Shown here: piece by piece, positions 1 to 10,556 of the stretch
Layout: every line of letters begins with the position of its first letter
Numbering within the stretch: the first letter of the stretch is position 1
Assembly (NCBI GenBank): GCA_032718475.1
Contig: JAUCBJ010001569.1
Location: 1-34,718, forward strand
Reading direction: 5' to 3'
Origin: Nemertoderma westbladi
Lineage: Eukaryota > Animalia > Xenacoelomorpha
DNA: 34,718 nt
The notes under the pieces: generated by a model
The model's database searches: none
What the model saw: the letters and a program-made list of their open reading frames with translations, nothing else
What the model was told of the DNA's origin: nothing
Program-made: the position numbers and the translations under genes

Positions 1-142
1 TAACCTACCCGGACTGTAATCTATCACTGACATCCTGATTGTTTTCGATAACCTACCCGGACTGTAATCTATCGCAGACATCCTGATTGTTTAAGATAAC
101 CTACCCGGACTGTAATCTATCGCTGACATCCTGATTGTTTTC
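1..142. repeat. 48-bp tandem repeat spanning the RANBP9 exon 7 donor junction (>=3 copies, cut by window edge)
   Basis: TAACCTACCCGGACTGTAATCTATC(A/G)C(T/A)GACATCCTGATTGTTT units start at 1, 49 and 97; the third overlaps the exon end. Confidence 0.9.
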
Positions 143-295
143 ATGTGATAACGTTTTAGATGCAGTAATATGTCGTGACTCCCTGCTAGCGGAACAGGTT
201 GGGCCACCCGAATGGTAACCGGGGCTTTGGTTGCCAGGCGACGAACGACATGAGCCGCTGTTGTGCCGTGATGTGGGGCTTTTGGAGCCGCGAAC
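105..295 (-). CDS. RANBP9: RANBP9/10 coding exon 7 (Ser/Pro-rich linker); gene continues beyond the window
   Basis: TTTTAG|; open phase-0 frame VRGSKSPTSRHNSGSCRSSPGNQSPGYHSGGPTCSASRESRHITASKTLSHENNQDVSDRLQS; GG|GTAGGT. Continues the DSE-VR...SP motif seen in RanBP9; GC-rich island in AT-rich context. Confidence 0.82.
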
Positions 296-738
296 CTAAA
301 ATATATAAAACTTATATATTATGTTTGGCGAGATAACTGCCGACCTATAAGTCGTATCATAGGCCTTAACACAGAAATAAATTCCAAGAATTTCAGTTCA
401 GTTCGATAAATAATTTCAAGAATTTAATCTTTGGATTTCAGTTTCAGTTAAATTTCAGTTTTGGTGTTCAGCAGTACACATTTTCTAAAATCACATTAGC
501 TTAACTTTTCTTCCGTACCAATCACTGCTGACCTTAATTATACGAAACAATGTTACTCATCGATCATAGCCTCATTAAATTAAATTTATAATAAACTTAT
601 ACATAAATTTAATTTATATTTAATTATATTTATATTATAATTAAATTTATAAACTTATATATAAGTAATAAACCATGTCAATTCAAAAAAGAAATAATAT
701 AATTTAAATTCTTTAATTCTAGGATATTCATTTATATA

Positions 739-3197
739 CCACTACTACTACTAGGTCGAGCGAACTCGGACAGTGGAAATGATATCCTTCCAGGCTTCCC
801 GATTCTCCATAGTTGTCGCAATTTCGTTTCTCCCAAGTTCAGTATCCCTTTCAAGTTGATCTATATATGTTATGGCCGGTCGTCCACGACTACGCTTTCC
901 ATGAGTTGGTTGCCAGAAAAGTAGATCTGGTATGACCTCGTCTTTACTTCGCCAGCAGTGCCCACTGAATCTTAATCTGCGTTCACGGAGGGTGGTTGAT
1001 ACAGGTGGTATTGTACCATAAAGCTCGGCGTTTGTCATGTGTTGTCTCCAGCTGATGTTTAGGGCTGCCCTTAGTGGTCTTGTGTAGCAACCATCAATTC
1101 GTTGTTCAAGTGATTTAGTCAGTGTCCAGGTCTCACCCCCGTATAAAAATACACTTTCCACTGTGGCTCGAAAGAACTTAGTCTTCAGGTGCCTGGAGAG
1201 ATCTGATTTCCAGATGGTATCCATTTTTGATAGAGCTAGTCAAGCCTTTGCTTTCCTAACTTCTATGTCCTTTTTGCTACTCTCTATCCATGATCCAAGG
1301 TATTGGAAGTCGTCAACCTTCCTTAGTTGATTATTGTCAATGGTTGTCAAGTTTCCATCAACATTTAAGGTCATGAATTCGGTCTTGGTAGCATTTATAT
1401 GCAATCCAACCTCCTTAGCAGCCCTCTCCACTTTATTTAGTAGAAGCTGTGCATCTGCTAGGGTATTAGAGAGCAGGGCGATGTCATCCGCAAAGTCGGT
1501 GTCTGTGACTGTAGTTGCCGGATATCTACTACTTCTGCGTTCTTGAAGTGTGAATCCCAGGTCTTCACCCTTTGTGGCTGTCCTCATTGCGTAATCCAGC
1601 ACAATTACAAATAGTAATGGTGATGTGTCACCTTGCAGTACCCCAGCCAGGATTGAGAAAAACTCAGTTTCACCATCTGGTGCGAGTACCTGCGCTTCTG
1701 TGTCACAATATAACAATCCAATGCCAGCAACAATTACCTCTGGTATTCCATAAGCTCTTAGGATTTCAAGCATTTTGCCTCTATGGATGGAGTCGAATGC
1801 CTTCTTGAAGTCCACAAAAGTGGAGATTCTGTGAGATTCTTTTCGATTTAGATTTCGGGGAGATTCTTTGACTTAATTCCTTCAATCAGTCTCCGTAGTG
1901 CAAGTATCTGAGCTATTGTTGATCTACTTGGTCGAAATCCGTTTTGGCTCTTACGCAGTAGTTTCTCTATGTGAGGCCTAATCCTATATAGAATCATTTT
2001 ATTGTATATTTTGGCAGCTACCACAAGCAGACAGATCCCACGATAGTTAGTTGGTATACCGAGGTCTCCTTTCTTGGGGAGAGGCTTTACGTTTTTCCAC
2101 TTCCCAACACGTTCTTCAGGAATATCGACTTTGAGGCGCCCCTTTGCACAACTTTTCCGACCAGATACCTCATTTACAGTTTGCCATGTAAGTCTTGATT
2201 GTTGCTGTATGTGAGCAGTTGTAATTGCCTCAATTGTATCCTGTATGTACTTTTCCTGGGTGATGTTGTAGGCCAATTTAAGATCGTCCTTAGCTTTCTC
2301 AACCTTGTTAATGTTTTCTGTTGTTGGTTGTTCGGTTTTAACTTTGTAGGCTATCTTAAGATCTTCTCTCTTACAAGTAACCTCAGAGTTTTGCCATGGC
2401 ACATACTGTTTTCGTTTGGGTTTCTGGGGGATATGCCTCTTAGCTGGTTCCTTGTGGGCTGTTATTATATTCTGGTATATTGAATCGGTGGACTGGTCTT
2501 CATCCATTGACTGAAGTGCTTCAAAGCGGTTTTGAACTTCTACTGTGTAAGCATCCTTTACTGCATTGTCAGTTCTGAGTTTCTCGCAGTCATAGTTGAT
2601 TTTCTTGCTTGTCTTGGGTTTGCTGGCTCTCAACCTGAGTCTGATCTCTGCAGTCACAATTCTGTGGTCCGAACCAATTAGGTTGAACGAGCTGTATGCC
2701 TCGCAGTTGATCATGCTGTTTCTCCACTTTTTGTTTATAAGGATGTAATCCAGTTGTGCTTAGGTTCCATTAGGGTATTGAAAGGTCCATAGCTTCCCCT
2801 TACTCTTTTCGAATGTGTTGTTTGTTGGTATCAATTCACATTCTTCCATTAGGTCTAAAAGTAAGTACCCATTTCTGTTAGAACTGGTGTTATAGGTGTA
2901 ACCCTTGATGTCTTCTGGGCCAATTTGCGCATTCAGGTCACCAGCAATGACTTTAACATTGTGTTTCGGAATGTCCTTTATAAGTCCAGTCAGATCTTCA
3001 TAAAACTTGACTGCTTGTTCTGGCTCTGAGGCATTGGTTGGACTGTAGCAACATATAACTGTTGTCTTGGGATTCCCATCAAATGTTGCGATCATAACCC
3101 TGGAATTTATAGATTCAATGTTGTTTAGAGTCTTAAGTGCAAATGGGCTTAGCAGAATTCCTACGCCGTCCATCCATTTCCAATGTCATTGTACTTC
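739..3197 (-). mobile_element. RTE-clade non-LTR retrotransposon, 5'-truncated and degraded (APE endonuclease + RT)
   Basis: Broken ORF with EN motifs (GVGILL, CYSPT, GDLNA, LDYIL, SDH), RT motifs (PKKGD..NYRGI, QNGFR, DFKKAFDS, GVLQGD, FADD, YLGS) and RTE C-terminus (WQPTHG.R.RGRP). (TAG)n tail directly after the stop; flanking direct repeat CATTTATATA at 729-738 and 3198-3207. Confidence 0.92.
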
Positions 3198-3247
3198 CAT
3201 TTATATAGAAAAGGCAAAAAAAAGTGAGACAGGGGAAGAAACTCGAC

Positions 3248-3450
3248 GCAAAACCCGCCTTGGCGAATTAATATCCCGCCTCAATGTTAAATTCTCAATT
3301 TAGGGAAAGGAGCAGGTTACTGTGGCACGTTATTTTAACCAAAACAATAAACTAAACACAATAGAACAGGTTACAGTTTTATTTTTGAGTGTAATCAGCT
3401 GTTATTTGCGTCCAATTTCACCTGGAGAGGGATGGATTTTTATTGCGTCC
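3248..3450 (+). repeat. Dispersed repeat module 'A' (inverted copy at 4618-4805; core also at 26677-26730 and 28519-28565)
   Basis: AAACCCGCCTTGG...TCAATTTAGGGAAAGGAGCAGGTTACTGTGGCA...AACCAAAACAATAAA...GTAATCAGCTG aligns by eye with the reverse complement of 4618-4805. Confidence 0.8.
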
Positions 3451-3637
3451 AGTTTCCCCCCTATTTGAAAAAAGTATGAAAAAAAGCTTGAAAAACAACT
3501 CAAAAAAAAGTTTTAAAAACAACTCAAAATAAGCTAAGAAAACCGCACATAAAAAAGCAGAGCGGAAACGGGTCTATATGCCTAACCTAACCTCTCTCAC
3601 TCCTTCACACAACCTCCATTTGACGGGTTCACCATGT

Positions 3638-5240
3638 CCTGGAATTTAGTGTCGTTATTCAGGTACCTGGACCCCCCCACACAAATTTTTCTACAAATCT
3701 TAATGAAATTGCATGACATTTGAAACAGAGATAGTTCAACCTACCTTACTCCTCCGTTCTGGGCGAGCCAGAATTTTTATTTTCGCACTACATAGTATAA
3801 TCATCAAGGCATTGCATTGTTGCCAAGCTACTTATGAGATAACAAAAATGTTCCAGAATGTTATGAATTTATTAAATATAATAAAATGGCCTGCAGGGGA
3901 AGCAAATCCATGCAATTTTCGAATGCCCTTATCTCAGCTATTTCTCTACCGAATTCAAATATTTTGACATTATTTGGAATCCTTGCATGGCCAGCTTTCC
4001 AGGGTACCTATATAAGGTCAATATAAGGTTGAAGAATAAGTGCAGTGCGATTACTGTAGTGTAATATCGCTGGAGACACTTTCAGCCCTCCCAGCCAAAA
4101 AAATCGAGAAAAAAAAGGAAAAAAGGATTTTATATTTTCAAAAAAAAATGGAAAAAAAGGATCGGATACAGTTCAAAAAAAGGGGGAAACTAAAAGATAT
4201 TATCTTTACAAAAGTAATAGTAAACATTATGTCTTTAGTGCTGTTTCTTGATTCTATTTCATTAATCTTACTGTATATACTATGAAGAATCCCATTAAGA
4301 AACGTCACTGTTTTAAATGACAGGAAGATATCAAAGAAAGTTAAAAAATATAAACACAGAGGAAAGAGAATAACGGCAATAGCAATATAATTAATATTAA
4401 TATTATTATAGTTAATATATTAATATAATTATACTGATATTTTCACCTTTTTTGCCTAGTTATCAGAGATGATTGAGCTCGACCGATTGATGGTCATTGA
4501 TAGAGGTTTATCAAAGGATTGTAAATATAACTTTAGTTTGAAAGTGATATAAAAACTTTGGTACGGATTTCCGGTCGTGGCTACATTTATACTGTATAAA
4601 TAACAAAAATGCTTTAAGACGCAATCAAAATACAACCATATCCAGGGGGAAATGGATGCAAATACAGCTGATTACGAGCAAAAATGAAACTGGAACAGTG
4701 TTATATGCTTTCTTTTATTGTTTTGGTTAGAATAGACTGCCACTGCAACCTGTTCCTTTCCCTAAATTGAAAATCATCATTGTTTATTCACCAAGGCGGG
4801 TTTTGTGTGAATTATAATAAATCACACGCTAAAAATGTAGCTACGGAGATAATTTTAATATACATATTTTCTGAGACAGAGACAGCCTATGTCTCAGAAA
4901 TATAGAACATGTTACACTTACAGCAGGCTATTTTCTGAACTAAAAAAAGGAAAAAAAAGGTGTGTAAATGGACAAAAAAAAAGGAAAAGAGGAAACATTC
5001 TAAAAAAAGGATAAGGTTCTAAAAAAAGGGGAAAAAAAGGAAACTCTGGGAGGCCTGCACTTAAGCAAACACTCGTAGCTAAAGAATGAAAGCAAAAATA
5101 ATAATTCTGGCTCACCCAGAAAGGAGGAGGGAGGTGAAACATCTCTTTTTGAAATATCATGCAATCTCATTAAGATTTGTAAAAAAAATTTTGGTTAAGT
5201 GCGTGGTCCAGGTCCCCGAATAACGACACTATATTCCAAG
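3638..5240. mobile_element. Non-autonomous DNA-transposon-like element with ~150-bp diverged inverted termini
   Basis: 3638-3790 (TGGAATTTAGTGTCGTTATTC...TACAAATCTTAATGAAATTGCATGA...TTCTGGGCGAGCCAGAATT) is the reverse complement of 5085-5240. No clear TSD and no ORF. Confidence 0.65.
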
Positions 5241-5324
5241 CCGGTGTTGTAGTCAGCGCCACAGACTATCATAACTTCATAATATTCTTTACCCTATAAC
5301 CACAGTGACTCTACCCAGACCTAC

Positions 5325-5476
5325 CTCTGAGTCAGTACCACCGACCATCTCTATGAACTGCCTAACTTTCAGCTGAAGCAGCAGCTTTGGGTTTCGGTCG
5401 AACAGGCCGGGATACAATGTCTCCACTGAGTCGATGGCCTCCCCGATACGACCCGACAGAACAAGTCGCTGCACAC
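5325..5476 (-). CDS. RANBP9: RANBP9/10 coding exon 6 (CTLH)
   Basis: ATCCAG|; (R)[50 protein letters not shown]; |GTAGGT. Joins exon 5 in phase (C+GT=Arg, giving KNRQRVQRLVL) across a 19 kb intron. Confidence 0.94.
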
Positions 5477-5835
5477 CTGGATATCAAAAATAATATAAAG
5501 AGTTGAGTATACATGTCTGCATGTACCGGTACTGGTGGACGGCGGTATAGTTTACTGACAGTTCTGGTACAGTGGTAGGCCAGAGGCATAACACATAATT
5601 CAGTTGTAATTGCTAAAGGCAGAAAGGTCAGACGGTAGGCCTAGTCATTATAAGTCAGGTACCGGTAGTGTATTTCCGCATTTAGGCCTATCATTGCTGT
5701 AGGCCTATTGCTGTATTGTGGCAGTGCACAGTGTGGATTGGTAAAAATACACAATCTGACAATATACCTATTTCAGTACCGGTATTTGAAACATTAGTAC
5801 ATACTGTAGCACCGGTAGCCTACTGGAACTGTGGT

Positions 5836-6595
5836 ATGGGTGACAGAAGGGCGGAACTCGAGAAAAAGCGTGAGAGGTTAGAAGAGATTCGGTTGCAAAA
5901 ACGCAAACGAGAGGAAGAAAAGAGGCGCGAAGATGCGATCCGTTTACAAAAGCAGCAGATGACGCCACAACCTCGATCGAACGACGGCAGTGAGTTGGAT
6001 CTGGAAGGCCAACGTAAAGCGACCCACGATCTTCTCAAAGATCTGGGTCTCCCTTCCGAGGCGTCGGTCCCGATGTCCCCGGCGAAGAACATCCGATCCG
6101 CGAGTATCGACAAGGCATCACGTGGATCTAGCCACCCGCCCCGGGAACTCTCTTTGGTCCAACTAATCTCCCAGGTAAACATCGCGCCGAAGGAGAACGT
6201 GCATTACAACAAGGAGACACAGACGTTGGGAGGGGTAGAGACAGGGTTGGACGACTCGCTGGAGGAAGGAAGAGCTGGTGGGTTCCCGGGGATAGACTCG
6301 CCCGATATATCGCCGCGGTTACTCCGAGGTGGAAGCGACCCCGACTCGTCCAGGAAGGACGACAAGAAGGAGAACAAGTCACACGAGTTAACGGAAGAGG
6401 AGCGACGAAACATCTGTAACGACGAGGAGTTTGTTACATTCGTTACGCGCGGCGCCAAGTTCATCGAGCGGATGATGTTGGAAGACGATATTCTTTACGA
6501 TTACGGGATTAAGGGAGTCGATATGGAGGGCGATCCGTTGTCTGGATTCCAGGCCGAAGTCTCACGGGTGTTCGCAGACGACCGCTGGTCCAGAG
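5836..6595 (+). CDS. DYNC1I: Cytoplasmic dynein 1 intermediate chain, exon 1
   Basis: MGDRRAELEKKRERLEEIRLQKRKREEEKRRE (N-terminal dynactin/NudE-binding coil), LC8-binding motif YNKETQT, Roadblock-binding region F...FIERMM; donor AGAG|GTAAAC, phase 1. Confidence 0.93.
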
Positions 6596-6959
6596 GTAAA
6601 CCTTACTGCCTTAATTAATTAATGTCATTAATGTCATCATTGTGTTGACATCATGTATCATTAAGCTGTTAAGGTAGGCAGGTAGGCCTACCATACCGTA
6701 ATTCATTTATTCTGTTTAGTCTATACTTGTCTAATTACTCACTTAGTTCTGTAGTTTGTTACTCACTTAGGTCTGTAGACTGTAGGTTAATTAATGATTG
6801 TCGTATTGTAGTGATATTAATTAATTTATAATTAAATTAGGTCAAGTTTACCACCAATAAATATAGAACAGATGCCACTGTCTGACTGTGTCGTGTCAAT
6901 GTCAAAGTGTCAATTACATTATTAGTTTATCTCTACCATTACTTCTATACTCTCTACAG

Positions 6960-7556
6960 GCCGAATCGTCACAGCTCTGGACTGGAACCAACAGTTTCCC
7001 GAACTCATCCTGGCCTCCTACTACCCGGATGAGTCGCACACCGACCCAGACGGCACCGTGGTCGTCTGGAACAGTCGCTACCGCACGGACACGCCCGAGT
7101 ACGTGTTCCACTGCGGCTCCCAGGTGACCTCGGCTGTGTTCGCCCCGTTCCACCCCAACCTCGTCCTGGGCGGCACCTACAGCGGGATCATCGCGATCTG
7201 GGACAACCGCTCGCGGAAACGGACCCCGGTACAGAAGACCTCCCTCGGGGTCCACGCTCACACCCACCCGATATACGCGGTCCGTGTAGTCGGGACACAA
7301 AACGCACACAATCTAATCAGCGTGAGTAACGACGGGATGGTCTGCACCTGGTCCATGGAGAACCTTAGTCAACCGCAGGATATCATGGAGTTAATGGCGA
7401 GCCGTCAGTCCAAACCGATTTACGCTACATGTCTGAGTCTTCCAGCCAACGACGTGAATAACTTCGTGGTTGGGACAGAGGAGGGGGTCATTTATACAGC
7501 CTGTAGACATGGCAACAAAGCTGGGATATTGTCCTCATTCGAAGATCCGCACCAAG
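6960..7556 (+). CDS. DYNC1I: Cytoplasmic dynein 1 intermediate chain, exon 2 (WD40)
   Basis: CTACAG|; [21 protein letters not shown]...PEYVFHC...[16 protein letters not shown]...AHTHPIY...[12 protein letters not shown]...[10 protein letters not shown]...HQ; G|GTTAGT. Confidence 0.96.
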
Positions 7557-7648
7557 GTTAGTTAAAGATACAATCAAATCAAATAATTTACTCAAAAATA
7601 ATAACAATCAATTCGGAGTTAAAGTGTAATTATTTGATTAACTTTTAG

Positions 7649-8196
7649 GTTACGTCACCGGCGTAGATTTCCACAAAGTAACAGGTCAGATAGATTTCGG
7701 CCATCTGTTGGTTTCCTCCGGTTTCGATTACTCGGTAAAGATTTGGTCCACGCAGAACATATCCGGCCCGTTGCACGTACTGGAGGGGTTTGAGGGGTAC
7801 GTGTACGACTGCGGTTGGTCCAACACCCATCCGGGCGTCCTAGCCACCGTGGACAACGACGGACAACTCAAGGTTTGGAACCTCAACGTGGACGCTGAGG
7901 CCCCGGTCGTGCAACTCAATATGGAGGCGAGCGAACCCGCGTTGAGTAAAGTGAGATGGTCGGATACGGGCAAACAGATGGCGGTGGGCGACTCCAACGG
8001 GGCGATACACATAGTGGAAGTCAGCGAGAACTTGGCGCATCCAAAGAACGACGAGTGGTCCATGCTAAACTCAACGATAAACGAACTCCAGTCCAATATG
8101 AAGAACGAAAGCACCTCATTGGGAGGTCAATCAGCTGATCTACCTATGGATAAACGGATCTCCATGGGGAGTAAAGCGAGTCCAGTCAGGGCTTAA
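7649..8196 (+). CDS. DYNC1I: Cytoplasmic dynein 1 intermediate chain, exon 3 (WD40, C-terminus)
   Basis: TTTTAG|; GYVTGVDFH...IDFGHLLVSSGFDYSVKIW...YVYDCGWSNTHPGVLATVD...PKNDEW; TAA at 8194-8196. Spliced CDS is 1905 nt = 634 aa with no disablements. Confidence 0.95.
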
Positions 8197-8232
8197 TGTA
8201 TATTTAGTCATACAAATAATTCTTTGGTGCGA

Positions 8233-8238
8233 AATAAA
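8233..8238 (+). promoter_or_regulatory. Candidate polyadenylation signal for the dynein IC gene
   Basis: AATAAA 37 nt after the stop codon; motif match only. Confidence 0.4.
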
Positions 8239-8726
8239 GCTGGATGTGGGAGGATTTCATCTCTAATATCTTAACGTTACTCACTTCCGGTGGTTTGATT
8301 ACCTTTATTTATAACGATGGGTTCGCACCTTTTGGTTGACGTTTACTTTATTTCCACGAGGTAATGTTCATCAACACGATTACTTCATCATTTAAAACTA
8401 TCGATGATAAATTATTAGGGTCAGAGTAAAACGCGGATCCGGATCAGGATCCGGATTCTATCATTTAACATTGTCCCTATGGAAGTCGACTGAATTTACA
8501 TTTTTAGGGTGTAATCTGCGGATCCGTGCACTGCTAAATTTACCGAATCCGTAACCGAGTGTAAAACGCGGATTGGCTTTTTTTTTCGATCCGGAACGGA
8601 GTGTAAAACGCGGATTCATGTTTTAGGCTAAATCCTGAATGGAGTGTAAAACGCGGATTCATATTTCTACTGAATCCGGGATTGGGTGTAAAATACGGAT
8701 TCAGGTTTATTACAAAATGTTATTGG

Positions 8727-9940
8727 ATCCGGGAAGGGGTGTAAAACACGGATTCAATTTATTTACCAAGTGTTACTGGATCCGGGAAGGGGTGTAAAAT
8801 ACGGATTCAAGTTTATTACCAAGTTTTATTGGATCCGGGACGGGGTGTAAAACGCGGATTCAAGTTTATTACCAAGTTTTATTGGATCCGGGACGGGGTG
8901 TAAAACTCGGATTCAAGTATATTACCAAAGTGTTCGTGGATCCGGGGAGGGGTGTAAAACGCGGATTCGGGTTAATTACAAAGTTTTATTGGATCCGGGA
9001 AGGGGTGTAAAACGCGGATTCAAGTTTATTACCAAGTTTTATTGGATCCGGGAGGGGGTGTAAAACGCGGATTCAAGTTTATTACTAAGTTTTATTGGAT
9101 CCGGGAAGGGGTGTAAAACGCGGATTCAAGTTAATTACCAAGTTTTATTGGATCCGGGACGGGGTGTAAAACTCGGATTCAAGTTTATTACCAAAGTGTT
9201 ACTGGATCCGGGGAGGGGTGTAAAACGCGGATTCGGGTTAATTACAAAGTTTTATTGGATCCGGGAAGGGGTGTAAAACGCGGATTCAAGTTTATTACCA
9301 AGTTTTATTGGATCCGGGACGGGGTGTAAAACGCGGATTCAAGTTTATTACTAAGTTTTATTGGATCCGGGAAGGGGTGTAAAACGCGGATTCAAGTTAA
9401 TTACCAAGTTTTATTGGATCCGGGACGGGGTGTAAAACGCGGATTCAAGTTTATTACTAAGTTTTATTGGATCCGGGAAGGGGTGTAAAACGCGGATTCA
9501 AGTTAATTACCAAAGTGTTCGTGGATCCGGGGAGGGGTGTAAAACGCGGATTCGGGTTAATTACAAAGTGTTTCTGGATCCGGGACGGGATGTAAAACGC
9601 GGACTCAAGTTTATTACCAAGTTTTATTGGATCCAGGGAGGGGTGTAAAACGCGGATTCAAGTTTATAACCAAAGTGTTACTGGATCCGGGACGGGGTGT
9701 AAAACGCGGATTCAAGTTTATTACCAAAGTGTTACTGGATTCGTTGAGGGGTGTAAAACGCGGATTCGGGTTAATTACAAAGTGTTTCTGGATCCGGGAC
9801 GGGGTGTAAAACGCGGATTCAAGTTTATTACCAAGTTTTATTGGATCCGGGACGGGGTGTAAAACGCGAATTCAAGTTTATTACCAAGTTTTACCCGGGA
9901 CGGGGTGTAAAACGCGGATTCAAGTTAATTAGTAAGTTTT
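8727..9940 (+). repeat. 53-54 bp tandem array, left arm of the foldback element (~23 copies)
   Basis: Unit GGATCCGGGACGGGGTGTAAAACGCGGATTCAAGTTTATTACCAAGTTTTATT. Confidence 0.95.
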
Positions 9941-10556
9941 AATGAACATTTCGTAAAACGCATATGCAATGAAGGCCCAGACCCTCATCTAGTTACAATT
10001 ATTAATTAGTACAATGTTTATTGTTCTTTAGTAACTTTTCTTTCTTTAATAACCAGGGATTAATACCAGGATAATTAATTTTATCATAGACTACTATGCA
10101 AACGTAGGCAGTTTAACTTAAAAACATAGAAAATCGTTTTAGACCGTATTTCGGCTTTAAAAATGATAAGAAATTATACTGAACAGTTCAGCCTCCATAA
10201 ATTACGAAGGCAGCACGCTTGCAAGGTCGCTTGCAAGGCAAATAGAGTACGCTATGATGCAGTACAAACTACCGCCAGCTAGGCAGAACAGTGATTCTTG
10301 TTTGTAATGGAGGTTGGGATGGATAAGCCAATCAGGGAACAGGACAGTAATCCTACCATACAATTGTCTACAGAGCCGCTCTACCAGAGAGGTCACGTTC
10401 CCACGGTAGTTGTTTTTCAGCTAATCAATATCTAATAATGTCTGACGGCCAAACATCACCATCGCCCTTATTAATAATTCATTGGGAAGCATTGACCCCT
10501 ATTAAGGTGTCCCCCCAGAGCCGGATTAAGCTTATGTGTGGCCCCTAGGCATAGAA

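Noticed and set aside
5716-5835. N-terminal extension of the dynein ORF from the TTG at 5716
   Set aside because: Non-ATG start; DYNC1I homology begins at ATG 5836.
5768-8138. Antisense and alternative-frame ORFs over the dynein exons
   Set aside because: Shadows of GC-rich coding sequence with no recognisable motifs.
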